NCBI GenBank assembly: GCA_004212135.1
Contig: RXIE01000127.1
Coordinates: forward strand, 1,565 to 65,564
Reading direction: 5' to 3'
DNA length: 64,000 nucleotides
Origin: Candidatus Methanophagales archaeon ANME-1-THS
GTDB lineage: Archaea; Halobacteriota; Syntropharchaeia; Alkanophagales; Methanospirareceae
In this document: positions 1 to 10,408 of the stretch, one piece after another
Layout: the number at the start of each line of letters is the position of its first letter
How positions within the stretch are numbered: the stretch's first letter is position 1
Made by a program: the position numbers and the translations under genes
The notes under the pieces: generated by a model
Databases searched by the model: none
What the model saw: the letters and a program-made list of their open reading frames with translations, nothing else
What the model was told of the DNA's origin: nothing

Positions 1-286
1 CGTCCACCTCGCCCTTCACATGATATCTCCTTGACGCTAAATAAACCGAAACATCCTTCTTCACGCACTGCAATTTCTTCCTTATGTAGCTCTTATTCAC
101 CTTCTCCCTCGCCTCGTGCAAATCCCTACCCTTTAAAACCTTATACCGCTTCTCTTCGTGCTGCGGTATCCCCAGACAATACATGAAATAGGTGAACCTC
201 TTGCAAAATAGGTATTCCATCACGTCCGAGACCGTAATGAACACCTCAGGCTCCAATTTCGGCTCATGCGACACCTCCGATTCCAT
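1..286 (-). CDS. cas4: Cas4 (RecB-like nuclease), N-terminal part; gene runs off the window start
   Basis: Reverse-strand translation from the ATG at 286 gives MESEVSHEPKLEPEVFITVSDVMEYLFCKRFTYFMYCLGIPQHEEKRYKV..., matching the Cas4 N-terminal motif (VSD..EYLFC.R). It lies downstream of cas1-cas2 on the same strand. Confidence 0.6.
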   Translation of the reverse strand, partial: MESEVSHEPKLEPEVFITVSDVMEYLFCKRFTYFMYCLGIPQHEEKRYKVLKGRDLHEAREKVNKSYIRKKLQCVKKDVSVYLASRRYHVKGEVD

Positions 287-345
287 GCCCCTAGCCCTCT
301 CTTTCCATTATTCACCTGTTTTCTTTTCCGTCAAGGCGTTTCTTT

Positions 346-380
346 CTGCGAAGCGATTTTGATAAAACTTTTCCTAAAAG
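346..380. repeat. 35-bp element R1 (ctgcgaagcgattttgataaaacttttcctaaaag) with an imperfect TTTTGATAAAA palindrome; sits between the cas2 stop and the cas4 start
   Basis: 33/35 identical to element R2 at 711-745. Seen directly in the sequence. Confidence 0.6.
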
Positions 381-399
381 GTTTAAAGAAAAGGGTTGA

Positions 400-693
<294 letters not shown>

Positions 694-710
694 TTACCCT
701 TTTCCTAAAA

Positions 711-745
711 CTGCGAAGCGTTTTTGATCAAACTTTTCCTAAAAG
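711..745. repeat. 35-bp element R2 (ctgcgaagcgtttttgatcaaacttttcctaaaag) containing the perfect 10-bp palindrome TTTGATCAAA
   Basis: Near-identical to R1. Positions 728-745 also encode the last codons of cas1. The gene-proximal 22 nt before cas2 resemble those before cas4. Confidence 0.6.
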
Positions 746-1702
746 TTTGTTCGCAATTCGGTGGCACTCAAATTGGATCACGTTTTTCGTCTTTATATTC
801 CGTCCCTTATACTTGATCGTCTTCTCAAACGTCTCGTTAAGCGCTTCTATCAGCACCGCTTTTCCCTCTTTATTCAAACTCACGCCGTTCTGTATCTTAT
901 CAAAATATTCCTCCTTTACCTCCCGTTTGCTGAACAGATGAACTACCGTCTCGTCCACAAACGTTCTGAACATCTCGATAATGTCAAAGACCAGCGATTT
1001 CTTGTTGTAGTTATCAGTATGCAGAAAGCCGATATAAGGGTCTAAACCCGAAATTATGCACGCCTTCTCCACCATTGAGTACAAGACGCCATAGCCATAA
1101 TTTAACATGGCATTAAACCCATCCCTCGCCGGATTCCTGCTCCGACTGTCAAATTTGAATTTATCTGGTACGATTGATGAGAGTGCTTCGAAGTACGTTC
1201 TGGATGCCATACCCTCTATCCCTAAAATCGTTTGCCTCCTTTCTTCAACAGTGCCTTTTAAACCCTTCATCCGCTCCTTCAATTGCTCTATCTCATTTAT
1301 GCAGCTTTCTAACTCGTCTTTCTTCTCTGCTCTCGTCTTCTTCAACCTTTTTAAAAACTCGATTTGATTGTCAAACTTTTGGACCCCCCATTTCTTCGCC
1401 AGGTTTAATCCTTCCTCCTTCTCATACAGCTCCAGTTGTCTCCTTCTTATTAACGTCGTGCTTCCCAGCTTGGGGTGCCACACCCTTCCATAAGGGTCTC
1501 CATAAGAATCGAGAAAAACGATGTCTATATTGTTCTCCACAGCAAACTTGATCGCATCCGTGGAAATATACGCAGCCGTAGCGATCAAAATGCTGTCAAC
1601 TCTATTCACCGAGACTTCAAATACCTTATCCTCTTTTCTCACCAAAAAACAGTTTCCCTTCTTCCTTAGATAGGATCCATAAGTGTTAATCACCAATTGC
1701 AT
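728..1702 (-). CDS. cas1: CRISPR-associated endonuclease Cas1
   Basis: 324 aa with Cas1 hallmarks (…DSILI…GFLH…, long central coiled linker, conserved C-terminal region ...DPYIGFLHTD...). Confidence 0.9.
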   Translation of the reverse strand: MQLVINTYGSYLRKKGNCFLVRKEDKVFEVSVNRVDSILIATAAYISTDAIKFAVENNIDIVFLDSYGDPYGRVWHPKLGSTTLIRRRQLELYEKEEGLNLAKKWGVQKFDNQIEFLKRLKKTRAEKKDELESCINEIEQLKERMKGLKGTVEERRQTILGIEGMASRTYFEALSSIVPDKFKFDSRSRNPARDGFNAMLNYGYGVLYSMVEKACIISGLDPYIGFLHTDNYNKKSLVFDIIEMFRTFVDETVVHLFSKREVKEEYFDKIQNGVSLNKEGKAVLIEALNETFEKTIKYKGRNIKTKNVIQFECHRIANKLLGKV

Positions 1703-2133
1703 TTTTTACGCTTTTTCACTCTTTTATCTGCTACTACATATTGGTTCTCATATACATTTTTGCCTCGTAAAGTCATAATTATCTCATAAAGTATATAAAT
1801 CTATGTACTACTTACTTATCTATACGTGTTATCAACATCCAGCGCATTCACTTACCTGCGGATTCCACCATCAAATCAAAAGGCCAATCAAAAAATTTCA
1901 GTGCCATACTTAATGTAATGTTTGTTACTCGTGGAAATATTGTTATGGGTTAATAATAAATACATAGCGATCCTACCTACTTAAACCTATTCAGGTATTG
2001 GCAAAGCTAGAGCTGAGACATCACCCAACAAGGGTTTCATATATATGCGATCCACGATAGGGTGAGAAGGTGAAGAAATAAGGCGCTATGTGGGGCGCAT
2101 ACGCTGTATCTGGAACGTTAAAGGTGGTGAAAG

Positions 2134-3177
2134 ATGAAAGCGAAAAACATGTTAGTGATAAGCATACTGATTATACTCCTGTTGGGTATTGGTATCGGAA
2201 TTGGTATAGCAAATACAGAAGTAAATGTGGGTGCAAATAGCCAAAAATTTTCAAAGAGTGATCTAAAAGAACTCTATTGCAAATACAAGGTAACGGAAAA
2301 CGACATCAAATTTGCGAAGGGCGAGTTGCCTCACTACTTAACTGGAACAATTCTGGATGGCAATGTTAGAGTCATAGTATCAGAGACGGGTGCACCTCCA
2401 GAGGGATTTAAAAAAGGAGAGCATTACGACGTGGTAATCGGCGTAGATGAGATGTTTGCCATAATAGATGAAGCGTGCGAGAGATTTATCGAGAAATACG
2501 GTGTAGACCCTGGAAACCCCAAATTGGACGCTGTCGATGGCGTTCCTCTTCCCAAGGAAGAAGTAAAGAAGCTTGTTAAAAGCAGAAAGTTTGATTCAGG
2601 GGATGCAGAACCTTCGGTGGGTATCCTCGGTGGGCCTTTAGAGGGTCCGCATGCGATTGATGGAAACCTGTATGCGCATGTATTCATAGCAAAAGATACT
2701 CGACATAAACCGAGAGAATTGGTGACTGGTGACACGAGCGCTGCGTTGTCTCGATTTGAAACTCAGTTCGGTGTTAACATGGTCTGGTACTGGTATTTTG
2801 GCTATTGGAATGCTGGTGATATTAGCCCAGCAAGCAGTTGCATGAACGCACTTGGGGATTTAGCTGAAGATGAAGCTTGGGTAGTGGACGCTGAAAATGA
2901 TATTGTAATAGGATGGCTCCATGACATGGATCACAACGGTATGGCATTTCTGGATGGATTCTATGCGGTATGTTCAGATACAGCACGCGGAGTCGATTGG
3001 TCACATGACAGTATCGTTCAACATGAGGTCTCCCATCTCTTCAATGCACCTGACCATGGTCGAGCTGGTCCAAACTGTATAATGACTGAATGGTATGCCT
3101 ACTGGGGTAAAGAGGTATGGTGCGCCAGTTGCGAGGCTACCGTTAATGAAAATATATGGGGCGGAGAAATTGATTAG
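2134..3177 (+). CDS. Membrane-anchored zinc metallopeptidase, archaemetzincin-like (HExxH…H, CxM Met-turn, CxxC)
   Basis: N-terminal hydrophobic segment (ILIILLLGIGIGIGIA). C-terminal HEVSHLFNAPDHGRAGPNCIMTEW…CASCE resembles the archaemetzincin motif HExxHxxGxxH…CxM…CxxC. Lies in a lower-GC stretch. Confidence 0.45.
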   Translation: MKAKNMLVISILIILLLGIGIGIGIANTEVNVGANSQKFSKSDLKELYCKYKVTENDIKFAKGELPHYLTGTILDGNVRVIVSETGAPPEGFKKGEHYDVVIGVDEMFAIIDEACERFIEKYGVDPGNPKLDAVDGVPLPKEEVKKLVKSRKFDSGDAEPSVGILGGPLEGPHAIDGNLYAHVFIAKDTRHKPRELVTGDTSAALSRFETQFGVNMVWYWYFGYWNAGDISPASSCMNALGDLAEDEAWVVDAENDIVIGWLHDMDHNGMAFLDGFYAVCSDTARGVDWSHDSIVQHEVSHLFNAPDHGRAGPNCIMTEWYAYWGKEVWCASCEATVNENIWGGEID

Positions 3178-3247
3178 AAAGAAGCCGAACCAGAATCTAA
3201 TTACTGCCTACTTTTGTATGTTTAGAAAGGGCAACTGAACTAAGAAG

Positions 3248-3670
3248 ATGAGAAAACGAACTGCGATTGTACTGGGACTGGGGATTGCGATGGTACTCGC
3301 GATCAGTTTTTTTATTCTCTATCCTTATGTGCTCATGGGTCCACCACTGCACCTCTTCAGCATCCAGAACAGGGATGGTACGGACGCGCACGAGGTGCTC
3401 GTCGAGATCATTGATTCCGAGCATCAACCTATCTTCACAGAAACGATTGTCGTAGCTCCAAACGAAGAAATAAGCTACCCAAAACCATTATGGTTAAAAT
3501 TAACGCGGTCAAGAGGCGAATATACCTTCAACGTCAGAGTGGATAATACGTTTACCGAGACCTGTACGACCGAGGTAGATCCGTGGCTGGAGGTGCTCAT
3601 AGCCCTCTATGCCAGAGATCCTCGCTCCGGAGAGATTCGGCCGCTTACCATAACACGCGTGGTGGTGTAA
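3248..3670 (+). CDS. Small N-terminally anchored membrane/secreted protein, paralog A
   Basis: 140 aa with an N-terminal TM helix. Shares VxVEIxDxxxxPIFTxT…RGEYxFNV with the next ORF. Confidence 0.5.
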   Translation: MRKRTAIVLGLGIAMVLAISFFILYPYVLMGPPLHLFSIQNRDGTDAHEVLVEIIDSEHQPIFTETIVVAPNEEISYPKPLWLKLTRSRGEYTFNVRVDNTFTETCTTEVDPWLEVLIALYARDPRSGEIRPLTITRVVV

Positions 3671-3733
3671 CCTCCTGAAGATTCTTCAAGCATGTAGTCC
3701 TTATGCAGGAGAAATGCTATTTATGTACCTGAG

Positions 3734-4129
3734 ATGAAACCCCTAACGAAAGTACTCATCGGCATAACTATTGTCGCGTGCGTAGCACTTGCATCTTGGT
3801 ATCTCTTCTTTAACGTCTACCTCTCGCCGGGTACCGAACCGCTCCGGTTCTCTCTCCTGAATAAAGACACAGCTATTCATACTGTAACGGTGGAGATATT
3901 CGATCCTGCGAACAACCCTATCTTCACGACCACTTACACGCTCAGACCCCAGGAAAGTATACAATCACCGGAGCTAGCCGCAAGACGAGGCGAATATCTA
4001 TTTAACGTCATGCTTGATACGACAACAACAGTGCAGCATCAGGCGTATGTGGCAGAGGGCAATTTTGGTGTAATGGTCACCATATACTCCGGTAGTCAGA
4101 TTCATATCGCTAACCTGATGGGTGATTAA
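3734..4129 (+). CDS. Small N-terminally anchored membrane/secreted protein, paralog B (tandem duplicate of 3248-3670)
   Basis: 131 aa with the same architecture and conserved blocks as paralog A. Confidence 0.5.
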   Translation: MKPLTKVLIGITIVACVALASWYLFFNVYLSPGTEPLRFSLLNKDTAIHTVTVEIFDPANNPIFTTTYTLRPQESIQSPELAARRGEYLFNVMLDTTTTVQHQAYVAEGNFGVMVTIYSGSQIHIANLMGD

Positions 4130-4279
4130 GTGCTGCGAGGTGCGACGCCACTCCTGACACCCCTTTCTCGAAAAGAAAGCATTACCAACAACCTTTTTTT
4201 TTATCTTCGGTAAAAAACCTTGATTGAAAAATGCCGCACGCCCAAGTCTAGAGTGCTCCTTAGTGCTCTCGTGTAATGA

Positions 4280-4363
4280 TGCGGGGGGAGGGATTTGAAC
4301 CCTCGAATCCCTACGGAACAGGATCTTAAGTCCTGCGCCTTCGTCCACCTCGGCCACCCCCGC
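4280..4363 (-). tRNA. tRNA-Leu (anticodon TAA), class II with a long variable arm
   Basis: Reverse complement GCGGGGGTGGCCGAGGTGGACGAAGGCGCAGGACTTAAGATCCTGTTCCGTAGGGATTCGAGGGTTCAAATCCCTCCCCCCGC folds as: 7-bp acceptor stem, GCC/GGC D-stem, CAGGA/TCCTG anticodon stem around loop CTTAAGA, variable arm, and GAGGG/CCCTC T-stem with a TTCAAAT loop. An A/T-rich TATA-like stretch lies upstream. Confidence 0.85.
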
Positions 4364-4613
4364 ATCTCTCACTCTCTGCTCACCTTTAAGGCGCTCATGC
4401 ATTTATTTTTAGTGCTCGTCATTCGTTAGACCAGCGCATAGCTAACACCAGGTGGTAATTAAACCTATGTTTCTTGATATATTAGGTTGCATACTCTGTC
4501 TTCACTGAATGTATAGCCCCAGAATACGCGAATACACACGCTCGTACAGGATCAAAACCGGATAAGTTTTTATAGATAGTCGGAGAACGTAGAAGCAGAT
4601 AAACGAAAAGGAG

Positions 4614-5324
4614 GTGATAACCATGATAAGAAGAACAGGAGTGTTTGCACCGATCGTGATCGGAGTGCTTATTCTGGGGATGATCGGACTGGGTACCGCA
4701 CTTGCTGCTGAGCAAGCCACAACGACAGAAGCAGTACATTTCTCCAAGCTCATTTCGTTCTTGCCTGATCCACCGTCCGGATGGAGAGGCGAAGAACCGT
4801 TTGGCACGATGCAGACGTACGAAGGAGGGAGCTGGAGCACAGCAGCACGAAGTTACCAGAAGTTGGGTGGAGAAGATTTGACCGCTGAAGTCATGATTAC
4901 CGATTATGCATTATATGCGACCGGGTGGTTAGGTGCATGGAATCGGTTCTACGCATTCGAGTCCACCGAGGGCTATATCAAGTCGGTCACCATCGACGGA
5001 TTTCCAGCTTGGGAGGTCTACACCAGAGATACAAATGATTATAGCTTATATGTGGGTATCAATGACCGATTCCTGGTCTTTATTACCACGGACAGCGATA
5101 AGAACATGCTCGATAAGTTAGCCGATTCGATCGATTTCAAGGGAATTGCCGCATTGGGTAAAGGGGCACCTGCTCCCACAGTAACGGGAAAACCAACGCC
5201 AACACCCGCGGAGGAGACGCATACCGAACCGCCAGCCGAGGAGGGTAAGACACCGGGTTTCGAGGCGGTATTCGCACTTGCAGGGCTCCTGGTGGTACTG
5301 TATCTCGTGAGAAGGGATAATTAA
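4614..5324 (+). CDS. Secreted protein with a PGF-CTERM archaeosortase sorting signal
   Basis: N-terminal signal/TM segment. Thr/Pro-rich linker. C-terminus PGFEAVFALAGLLVVLYLVRRDN (PGF motif, TM helix, basic tail). Confidence 0.65.
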   Translation: MITMIRRTGVFAPIVIGVLILGMIGLGTALAAEQATTTEAVHFSKLISFLPDPPSGWRGEEPFGTMQTYEGGSWSTAARSYQKLGGEDLTAEVMITDYALYATGWLGAWNRFYAFESTEGYIKSVTIDGFPAWEVYTRDTNDYSLYVGINDRFLVFITTDSDKNMLDKLADSIDFKGIAALGKGAPAPTVTGKPTPTPAEETHTEPPAEEGKTPGFEAVFALAGLLVVLYLVRRDN

Positions 5325-5416
5325 ATCCCTTCTTTTTTCCCCGAAAGAAACCCCGGCTTACGGTTCGTTACTACTTCTGTTTTTGCTGAATTGCGCGCTT
5401 CACCGACTTCAGGAAC

Positions 5417-6481
5417 TCAATAGATAACGCGCTCAAGTGCATCGTCCCTGACTGCTTCCTTTATTTCACGTGCGATTCGCCTCCCGGTACTCATCGGCTC
5501 AGGGTACAGGAGGTGGGAATAGGGCGAGCCATTGATGTACAGATTGGTGCCCGCAACAATTCGGGCTGAGATCTCGAAGGCGATAAATTCCATATCCTCA
5601 GTGCTGATCGTTTCCAGACAGAATGGTCCGATCAGACCCGGACTGAAGAGCTCCTGGGATGCCTTGACTACGCGCTGCCCCATCTCCAGGATCTGTGGTA
5701 AGAGCGATTCCCGTGCAACGACCGGTATATTTCCTGTTACCACAAAGGAGGGCTCCGGAGGATTATCCTGTAAAATCGTGGCGAGCCGCGAGATCCCATC
5801 AATGTTCGACTCATACCGGATATCCATGCTGAGCAGCTCCACCCGATCCTTCAGGGGTGAATAAAAATAATGGGGGTAGAACCTGGTTCCTATGACAAAC
5901 TCCTGGATGGTAAATCGCTCTTTATCGCGGAGCTTCAGCTTCTCCAACTTCCGCTCAAACTCCTCAGGCTTACTCGCGATAAAATAGCCCCGACCGCCCT
6001 TCGCGCCCGGGAATTTGACGAGCACCAATCGATCAATATTCTCTGGAGTTTTGAACTCCTTGGGAAGTCGTAAACCAGCATGAGCCAACCAGGTCCGCTC
6101 CTTTACTCGATCTGATTCCCATTCCAGGACCATTCGGTTTCCAAACAGAGGAATACGGAGTTCAGTTTCGATCCGTTGCGGCGAGAGATACTCCACAAAG
6201 GATCCGTGCGGGATGAGGATAACATTCCGGTCTCTCAGTCGCTGCATAAACTCCTCATCTAGGCATTGCTGGTACTCATCAACCATCAGAACTTCGTCAG
6301 CCACGCCGAACTGCTGGTAAACCGCTTCCACACCTCGTTTACAGATCACCAGATTCCTGAACCCCTCGTCTCGCGCTCCTTTGAGTATCTGGAGTGCTGT
6401 ATGACTCCCCATGGTAGCGAGTGTGAGCCCGTCTCGGGCATAACCGTCCAGCAGGCGATGAATTTCGCTGATCGAGATCAT
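5417..6481 (-). CDS. purP: FAICAR synthetase (5-formaminoimidazole-4-carboxamide ribonucleotide synthetase) PurP, paralog 2
   Basis: Homologous to the adjacent PurP (…GSHTALQILKGARDEGF…). The real start is the ATG at 6481 (MISISEIH…). The longer listed ORF is an upstream extension that overlaps purP-1. Confidence 0.8.
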   Translation of the reverse strand: MISISEIHRLLDGYARDGLTLATMGSHTALQILKGARDEGFRNLVICKRGVEAVYQQFGVADEVLMVDEYQQCLDEEFMQRLRDRNVILIPHGSFVEYLSPQRIETELRIPLFGNRMVLEWESDRVKERTWLAHAGLRLPKEFKTPENIDRLVLVKFPGAKGGRGYFIASKPEEFERKLEKLKLRDKERFTIQEFVIGTRFYPHYFYSPLKDRVELLSMDIRYESNIDGISRLATILQDNPPEPSFVVTGNIPVVARESLLPQILEMGQRVVKASQELFSPGLIGPFCLETISTEDMEFIAFEISARIVAGTNLYINGSPYSHLLYPEPMSTGRRIAREIKEAVRDDALERVIY

Positions 6482-6482
6482 C

Positions 6483-7610
6483 TCAGGTAACCGTCTCCTC
6501 CAATCGGTTCTGTTGAATCGCTTTCCGGATTTCCAGAGCCACCCGCTTCCCGATCGAAAGTGACTCTCCGTAGAGGTAGCCCGGATAGGGCGTGAAACAG
6601 GTCCCCGGAGAGCCCTGCACACGCAGCGAGATATCAAAAACGACCGCTCGTTCCTCCGGAGGGCCGGGAATGAACGTGGACTGCAACGCAAAGGGACCAA
6701 TGATACCCGGCGGATAGACCTCTCGCGCAACGCGGACAAACTTCTCGCCCAGCTCGAAGATCTGCTCTAATAGCGATTCCTTTACCGTACAGGCGATATG
6801 GCCCGCCTCGATAGCTTTGACCTCAAGGTACTTCAATGCCTCTAACTGCTGCGATGCTGGGAGACGAAGAATGCCATCGAGATTCGTCTGTCTCCTGGTA
6901 TCAACCCCTAACAGTTCCAGTCGCGCATCTAAAAGCGAGTAGAAGTAATTGAAGTTGAACTGCGCGCCTATCACAAATTCCTCGATGACCGCTTTCTTCA
7001 GCCCTTCAGCCGTTATCCTTCCCTCTCGGAGCATCTGATCGGATCTTGTATAAAACTCTTCGGGAGAAGAGGCGAAGAAGAATGCTCGTTCGTACGTCCG
7101 CTGTGCCTCCGGCGCCTTAACCAGAACCAGGCGGTCGATCTCCTCAGGACTCTTATATACCCGGGGATAAGGAATCCCACCTTTCTCCATCAGATAATAC
7201 TGATTCTTCTCCGCGTCCCGTTCCTCGGCACGAAGCATACCCCTCGATCCGAAGAGGGGCAGAAGAAATTCGTCTTCGATACGGTCAAAGCCCACATAGA
7301 CCTCAAACGAGCGGTGCGGGATAAAAATAACATTATTCGCACGCATCTGCTTCTGGACTCGTTCCTCGGTTATATCTGAAAATCGATCAAGGATAATCGT
7401 CTGATCCACAACGCCGCGAGAATCTCCTGCTCGATAGTAGCGGTCATATGTCTTCTCCCTGCCCTTCTGGCACACTACCAGTGTTCTGAAGCCCAGGTCC
7501 TTCGCTCCGCGACAGATATCCAGTGCGGAATGTGATCCAAGCACACCGATGGTTATCTCATCCTTATGGTAGTCCGCTAAAATCCCTCTAATCTCTTCTC
7601 GTGCGATCAT
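6483..7610 (-). CDS. purP: FAICAR synthetase PurP, paralog 1
   Basis: 375 aa, IGVLGSHSALDICRGAKDLGF…, ATP-grasp PurP family. Tandem with paralog 2. Confidence 0.85.
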   Translation of the reverse strand: MIAREEIRGILADYHKDEITIGVLGSHSALDICRGAKDLGFRTLVVCQKGREKTYDRYYRAGDSRGVVDQTIILDRFSDITEERVQKQMRANNVIFIPHRSFEVYVGFDRIEDEFLLPLFGSRGMLRAEERDAEKNQYYLMEKGGIPYPRVYKSPEEIDRLVLVKAPEAQRTYERAFFFASSPEEFYTRSDQMLREGRITAEGLKKAVIEEFVIGAQFNFNYFYSLLDARLELLGVDTRRQTNLDGILRLPASQQLEALKYLEVKAIEAGHIACTVKESLLEQIFELGEKFVRVAREVYPPGIIGPFALQSTFIPGPPEERAVVFDISLRVQGSPGTCFTPYPGYLYGESLSIGKRVALEIRKAIQQNRLEETVT

Positions 7611-7775
7611 AGAATAGAAATATTGTGTTTTATTACGCCATTAATTTTATAAACTTTGGATATTAGTAGTAAAAAGACGAGCGTCAGGAAAGAGGGTACA
7701 GGATACGCTCAACCACAGTGATGCGACGAACCGGGATGGTGGTGAGGAAGTTTATAAGCACGTGGTAGTACCAAA

Positions 7776-8495
7776 ATGACTCAAATAGACCGACCGACGG
7801 TCTTTATAAATGCCGCAATGAGCGCGGATGGCAAGATCTCCACAGTACAAGGTACACAGACGAGGATCAGCGGCAAGAAAGATCGGGATCGGGTCGACGC
7901 GTTAAAGGCCGGAAGCGATGCGATAATGGTCGGTATCGGCACGGTCCTCGCGGATAACCCATCATTAACCGTGAAATCCAAAAAGAGGCGTGAAAAACGA
8001 AAGGCAGAGGGACTGGATGAAAATCCGGTTCGGATCGTGGTGGACAGTACCGCGAGAACGCCGGTTGAGGCCGAACTCCTGGTGAAAGGCGAAGGGAAAC
8101 GAATAATCGCAGTGTCTCAGCGCGCTGTTCTCGAGGATATAAACCGATTGGGAAAGAAAGCGGAGATTTTGATCTGTGGCACGGAAGAAGTAGACCTGAA
8201 GAAGCTGCTCTACGAGTTGTGGCTCCGTGATATACGCCGGGTAATGGTCGAGGGCGGTGCAACGCTCAACTGGTCTTTGATCTCGCAGGGGCTCGTTGAT
8301 GAGCTCTATACCTATGTGGGCAACATGATACTCGGGGGCAAAACTGCACCAACGCTCGTCGGTGGCAAGGGCTTCGGGGCGGACGATGCAGTGGTAAAGC
8401 TCGAGCTATTAGATATGGAGAAGCTGGATGAAGGTGTCTTGCTCCGCTGGCGTGTTACTGCCAAAGGAGGTGAGATGGAGAATGAAACTGCCTGA
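7776..8495 (+). CDS. ribG: 2,5-diamino-6-(ribosylamino)-4(3H)-pyrimidinone 5'-phosphate reductase (RibD C-terminal domain-like; archaeal riboflavin/F420 pathway)
   Basis: 239 aa, TVFINAAMSADGKIS…, DHFR-like reductase fold. Confidence 0.75.
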   Translation: MTQIDRPTVFINAAMSADGKISTVQGTQTRISGKKDRDRVDALKAGSDAIMVGIGTVLADNPSLTVKSKKRREKRKAEGLDENPVRIVVDSTARTPVEAELLVKGEGKRIIAVSQRAVLEDINRLGKKAEILICGTEEVDLKKLLYELWLRDIRRVMVEGGATLNWSLISQGLVDELYTYVGNMILGGKTAPTLVGGKGFGADDAVVKLELLDMEKLDEGVLLRWRVTAKGGEMENETA

Positions 8496-8742
8496 TGCAA
8501 TAAAGAATTTAAATGATCTTGCATACCTCACGAGGAGGAAGCTGGAGAATGAGAATGGTGAGCAGAGGGGCGCGGTCGTGATGTGGCGAACGAAAGGTGC
8601 CGAGGAATTTAACTACCTGCTCCAGTGCCCTTTCTGTGGCGTGGAAGAACAATCACAGGCCTTTTTCAAGAAGAGACCTTATCGAGTGCAGTGTAGCAAC
8701 TGCGGGAAGAGTATCCTGATCGAGAAGCTTGCGCCAAAATAA
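8482..8742 (+). CDS. Small zinc-ribbon protein (CPFC…CSNC)
   Basis: Likely start is MKLPDAIKNL at 8482, overlapping the ribG stop. Two CxxC pairs. Confidence 0.4.
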   Translation: MKLPDAIKNLNDLAYLTRRKLENENGEQRGAVVMWRTKGAEEFNYLLQCPFCGVEEQSQAFFKKRPYRVQCSNCGKSILIEKLAPK

Positions 8743-8892
8743 CAGTTCATGCTTGGAATAAATGCCATATTACCTTTTAGAATTCAGATTCCACGGATCT
8801 GCTAAAAATATCTTAGGGAGTTAATTTTTGACGTTGCGAGGCGCTTTCATGTTAGAGGTGTAACAAGAAAAAGACCAGTTTCGCACGTTACG

Positions 8893-9426
8893 TTGGCAGG
8901 TCCTTTTGAAACGAGAAGTATAAAAAGAGTAATTAACGATGTGGAAAATGTTGCTAAAAATTATGACCTCGTGAATTTTCAACTCAAAGGGTTTGGTTAT
9001 TTCGATAACCCCAATGGCAAGGTTATTTTCGCAGATATTGAGCCCTCAAAAGAACTTGAAGAACTGCGGTGGGAATTAGCAACGAGATTAACGAAGTATG
9101 CTGAACTCAAAGAATGGGATAAAGATAAAAAATTTTCATTTCACGCCACAATCGCTTTTAAGGACATTGATAGGAAATTCCCTGACATTTGGAGATACCT
9201 GAAAAGCAAAGAAGTCCCAAACATCAACCAATATCTCTTGAGAATAACGATTTTAGGAAAAGGTCGTAGAATAGTGTGCGAATATGACCTCATGCTTAAG
9301 AGGATATTAAATCGAAGACAGGCTTTAAGCAAGAAAATATGGATAATAACCAAATTCATATTGAGATTAAAGTTGTTCCGTAGAAGGTTGGTGGGTGCGA
9401 TTAAAAAGATATTCTGGTGGTCGTAA
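8893..9426 (+). CDS. 2H phosphoesterase (LigT-like 2'-5' RNA ligase family) with uncertain or non-canonical start
   Basis: Second HxTx motif (FHATIAF) lies inside the ORF. The first HxTx motif (SHVTLAGPF) is encoded in-frame upstream of the listed TTG start, after a TAA at 8803-8805. No ATG exists in that stretch. AT-rich context. Confidence 0.45.
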   Translation: MAGPFETRSIKRVINDVENVAKNYDLVNFQLKGFGYFDNPNGKVIFADIEPSKELEELRWELATRLTKYAELKEWDKDKKFSFHATIAFKDIDRKFPDIWRYLKSKEVPNINQYLLRITILGKGRRIVCEYDLMLKRILNRRQALSKKIWIITKFILRLKLFRRRLVGAIKKIFWWS

Positions 9427-9540
9427 TGATATACCTCATAAGCGATCTGCATTTAAAAGAGTGAAAAACGAAGAGATGAGGTAAGATTTTACAAAATAAA
9501 ATTGAAGGTTTAAAGCTCACTGACAGAATTAACAGAAATT

Positions 9541-10408
9541 TTCAGTTATATACACCTTATCATCGTTTGAAATAGCTACACCAATCCCTTCGCTCATCCA
9601 ATAAGTGGTTAAAATATTCTGTCTATGTCCTTGGCTATTCATCCATCCTTGAACAGTGTATTCAGCTATTTCCTCCTGAGTGTTCCAATCATAAGAGGGA
9701 ACTCCATCCTAGTAAGTTACTGAACTGTATAAATTGTTTTGAAAAATATTCTCAGCACCCATATAGATGTAATTTCCTACACATACTTCACAATTAAAGC
9801 CTTCTTGTTGGTATCTATAAGAAAAATCGTGACCTTCTGGATCACTATGACTAAAATAGTTCCTATTAGCCATGTCTTGACTGTGCTTTCTCGCAATGAT
9901 ATTCAATGTATCATTCCATGATAAGGCAGGCAATCCTCGTTTATCTCTTTCTTCGTTTATCAGATCGTGAATTTGTTTTTCTAGTTCGAGGATATTGATT
10001 TCTGGTTTTGATGAAGTCACAAGAGGTGAATAATCGCCTGATTCGTTCCACCAACTACCAATATCTTTACCTACACTTTGAAAAGACGATTGAATTTTGC
10101 CAGATTGGTAAGCAGAATATAAAAAATAACCAGCAAGTGCTACAACAGCTAAAATTGTCAGGGCAGTTATAGCTTTTTTAATTTTCTTTTCTCTTTCTTT
10201 TCTATATTTGTATCTCAGTTTTCTATAAACAATAGTGCCTTGACCCCCAAGATGTTCAATGTAATATCTGTAATGTTCACCTTTGAGATAGAGGTCCCAT
10301 CAGCGACCAGTTTTTTTTCGCTATCTTATATGCCTTATTATAAACCCATTGGGGTACTTCCTTTTCATCTACCTCTTCCCAACCAGCTAAATCAATTCTT
10401 CTCGGCAT
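9541..10408 (-). pseudogene. CAP/SCP/PR-1 domain protein gene, disrupted by an in-frame TAG at 9706-9708 and a probable frameshift near the T8/A8 homopolymer at 10311-10319
   Basis: Reverse-frame translation reads …NYFSHSDPEGHDF…SSVTY*DGVPSYDWNTQEEIAEYTVQGWMNSQGHRQNILTTYWMSEGIGVAISNDDKVYITENFC*. The CAP motif GWMNSxGHRxNIL lies downstream of the stop. A TM anchor and an ATG-initiated N-terminus (MPRRIDLAGW…) sit upstream in a different frame. Confidence 0.55.

Noticed and set aside
1703-2133. Possible CRISPR array or leader next to cas1
   Set aside because: The region is AT-rich with promoter-like features but has no direct repeats with regular spacing. Any array must lie outside the window.
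3998-4402. 134-aa ORF on the minus strand
   Set aside because: It overlaps tRNA-Leu (4280-4363) and an intergenic terminator region, with low-complexity translation. Spurious.
9706-9708. Pyrrolysine (UAG) recoding as an explanation for in-frame TAGs at 9706-9708 and 41890-41892
   Set aside because: TAG is used as an ordinary stop by several well-formed genes here (2134-3177, cooC 10387-11205, HTH 15899-16282). The affected genes also show additional lesions (frameshift, overlap). Pseudogenisation is more parsimonious.
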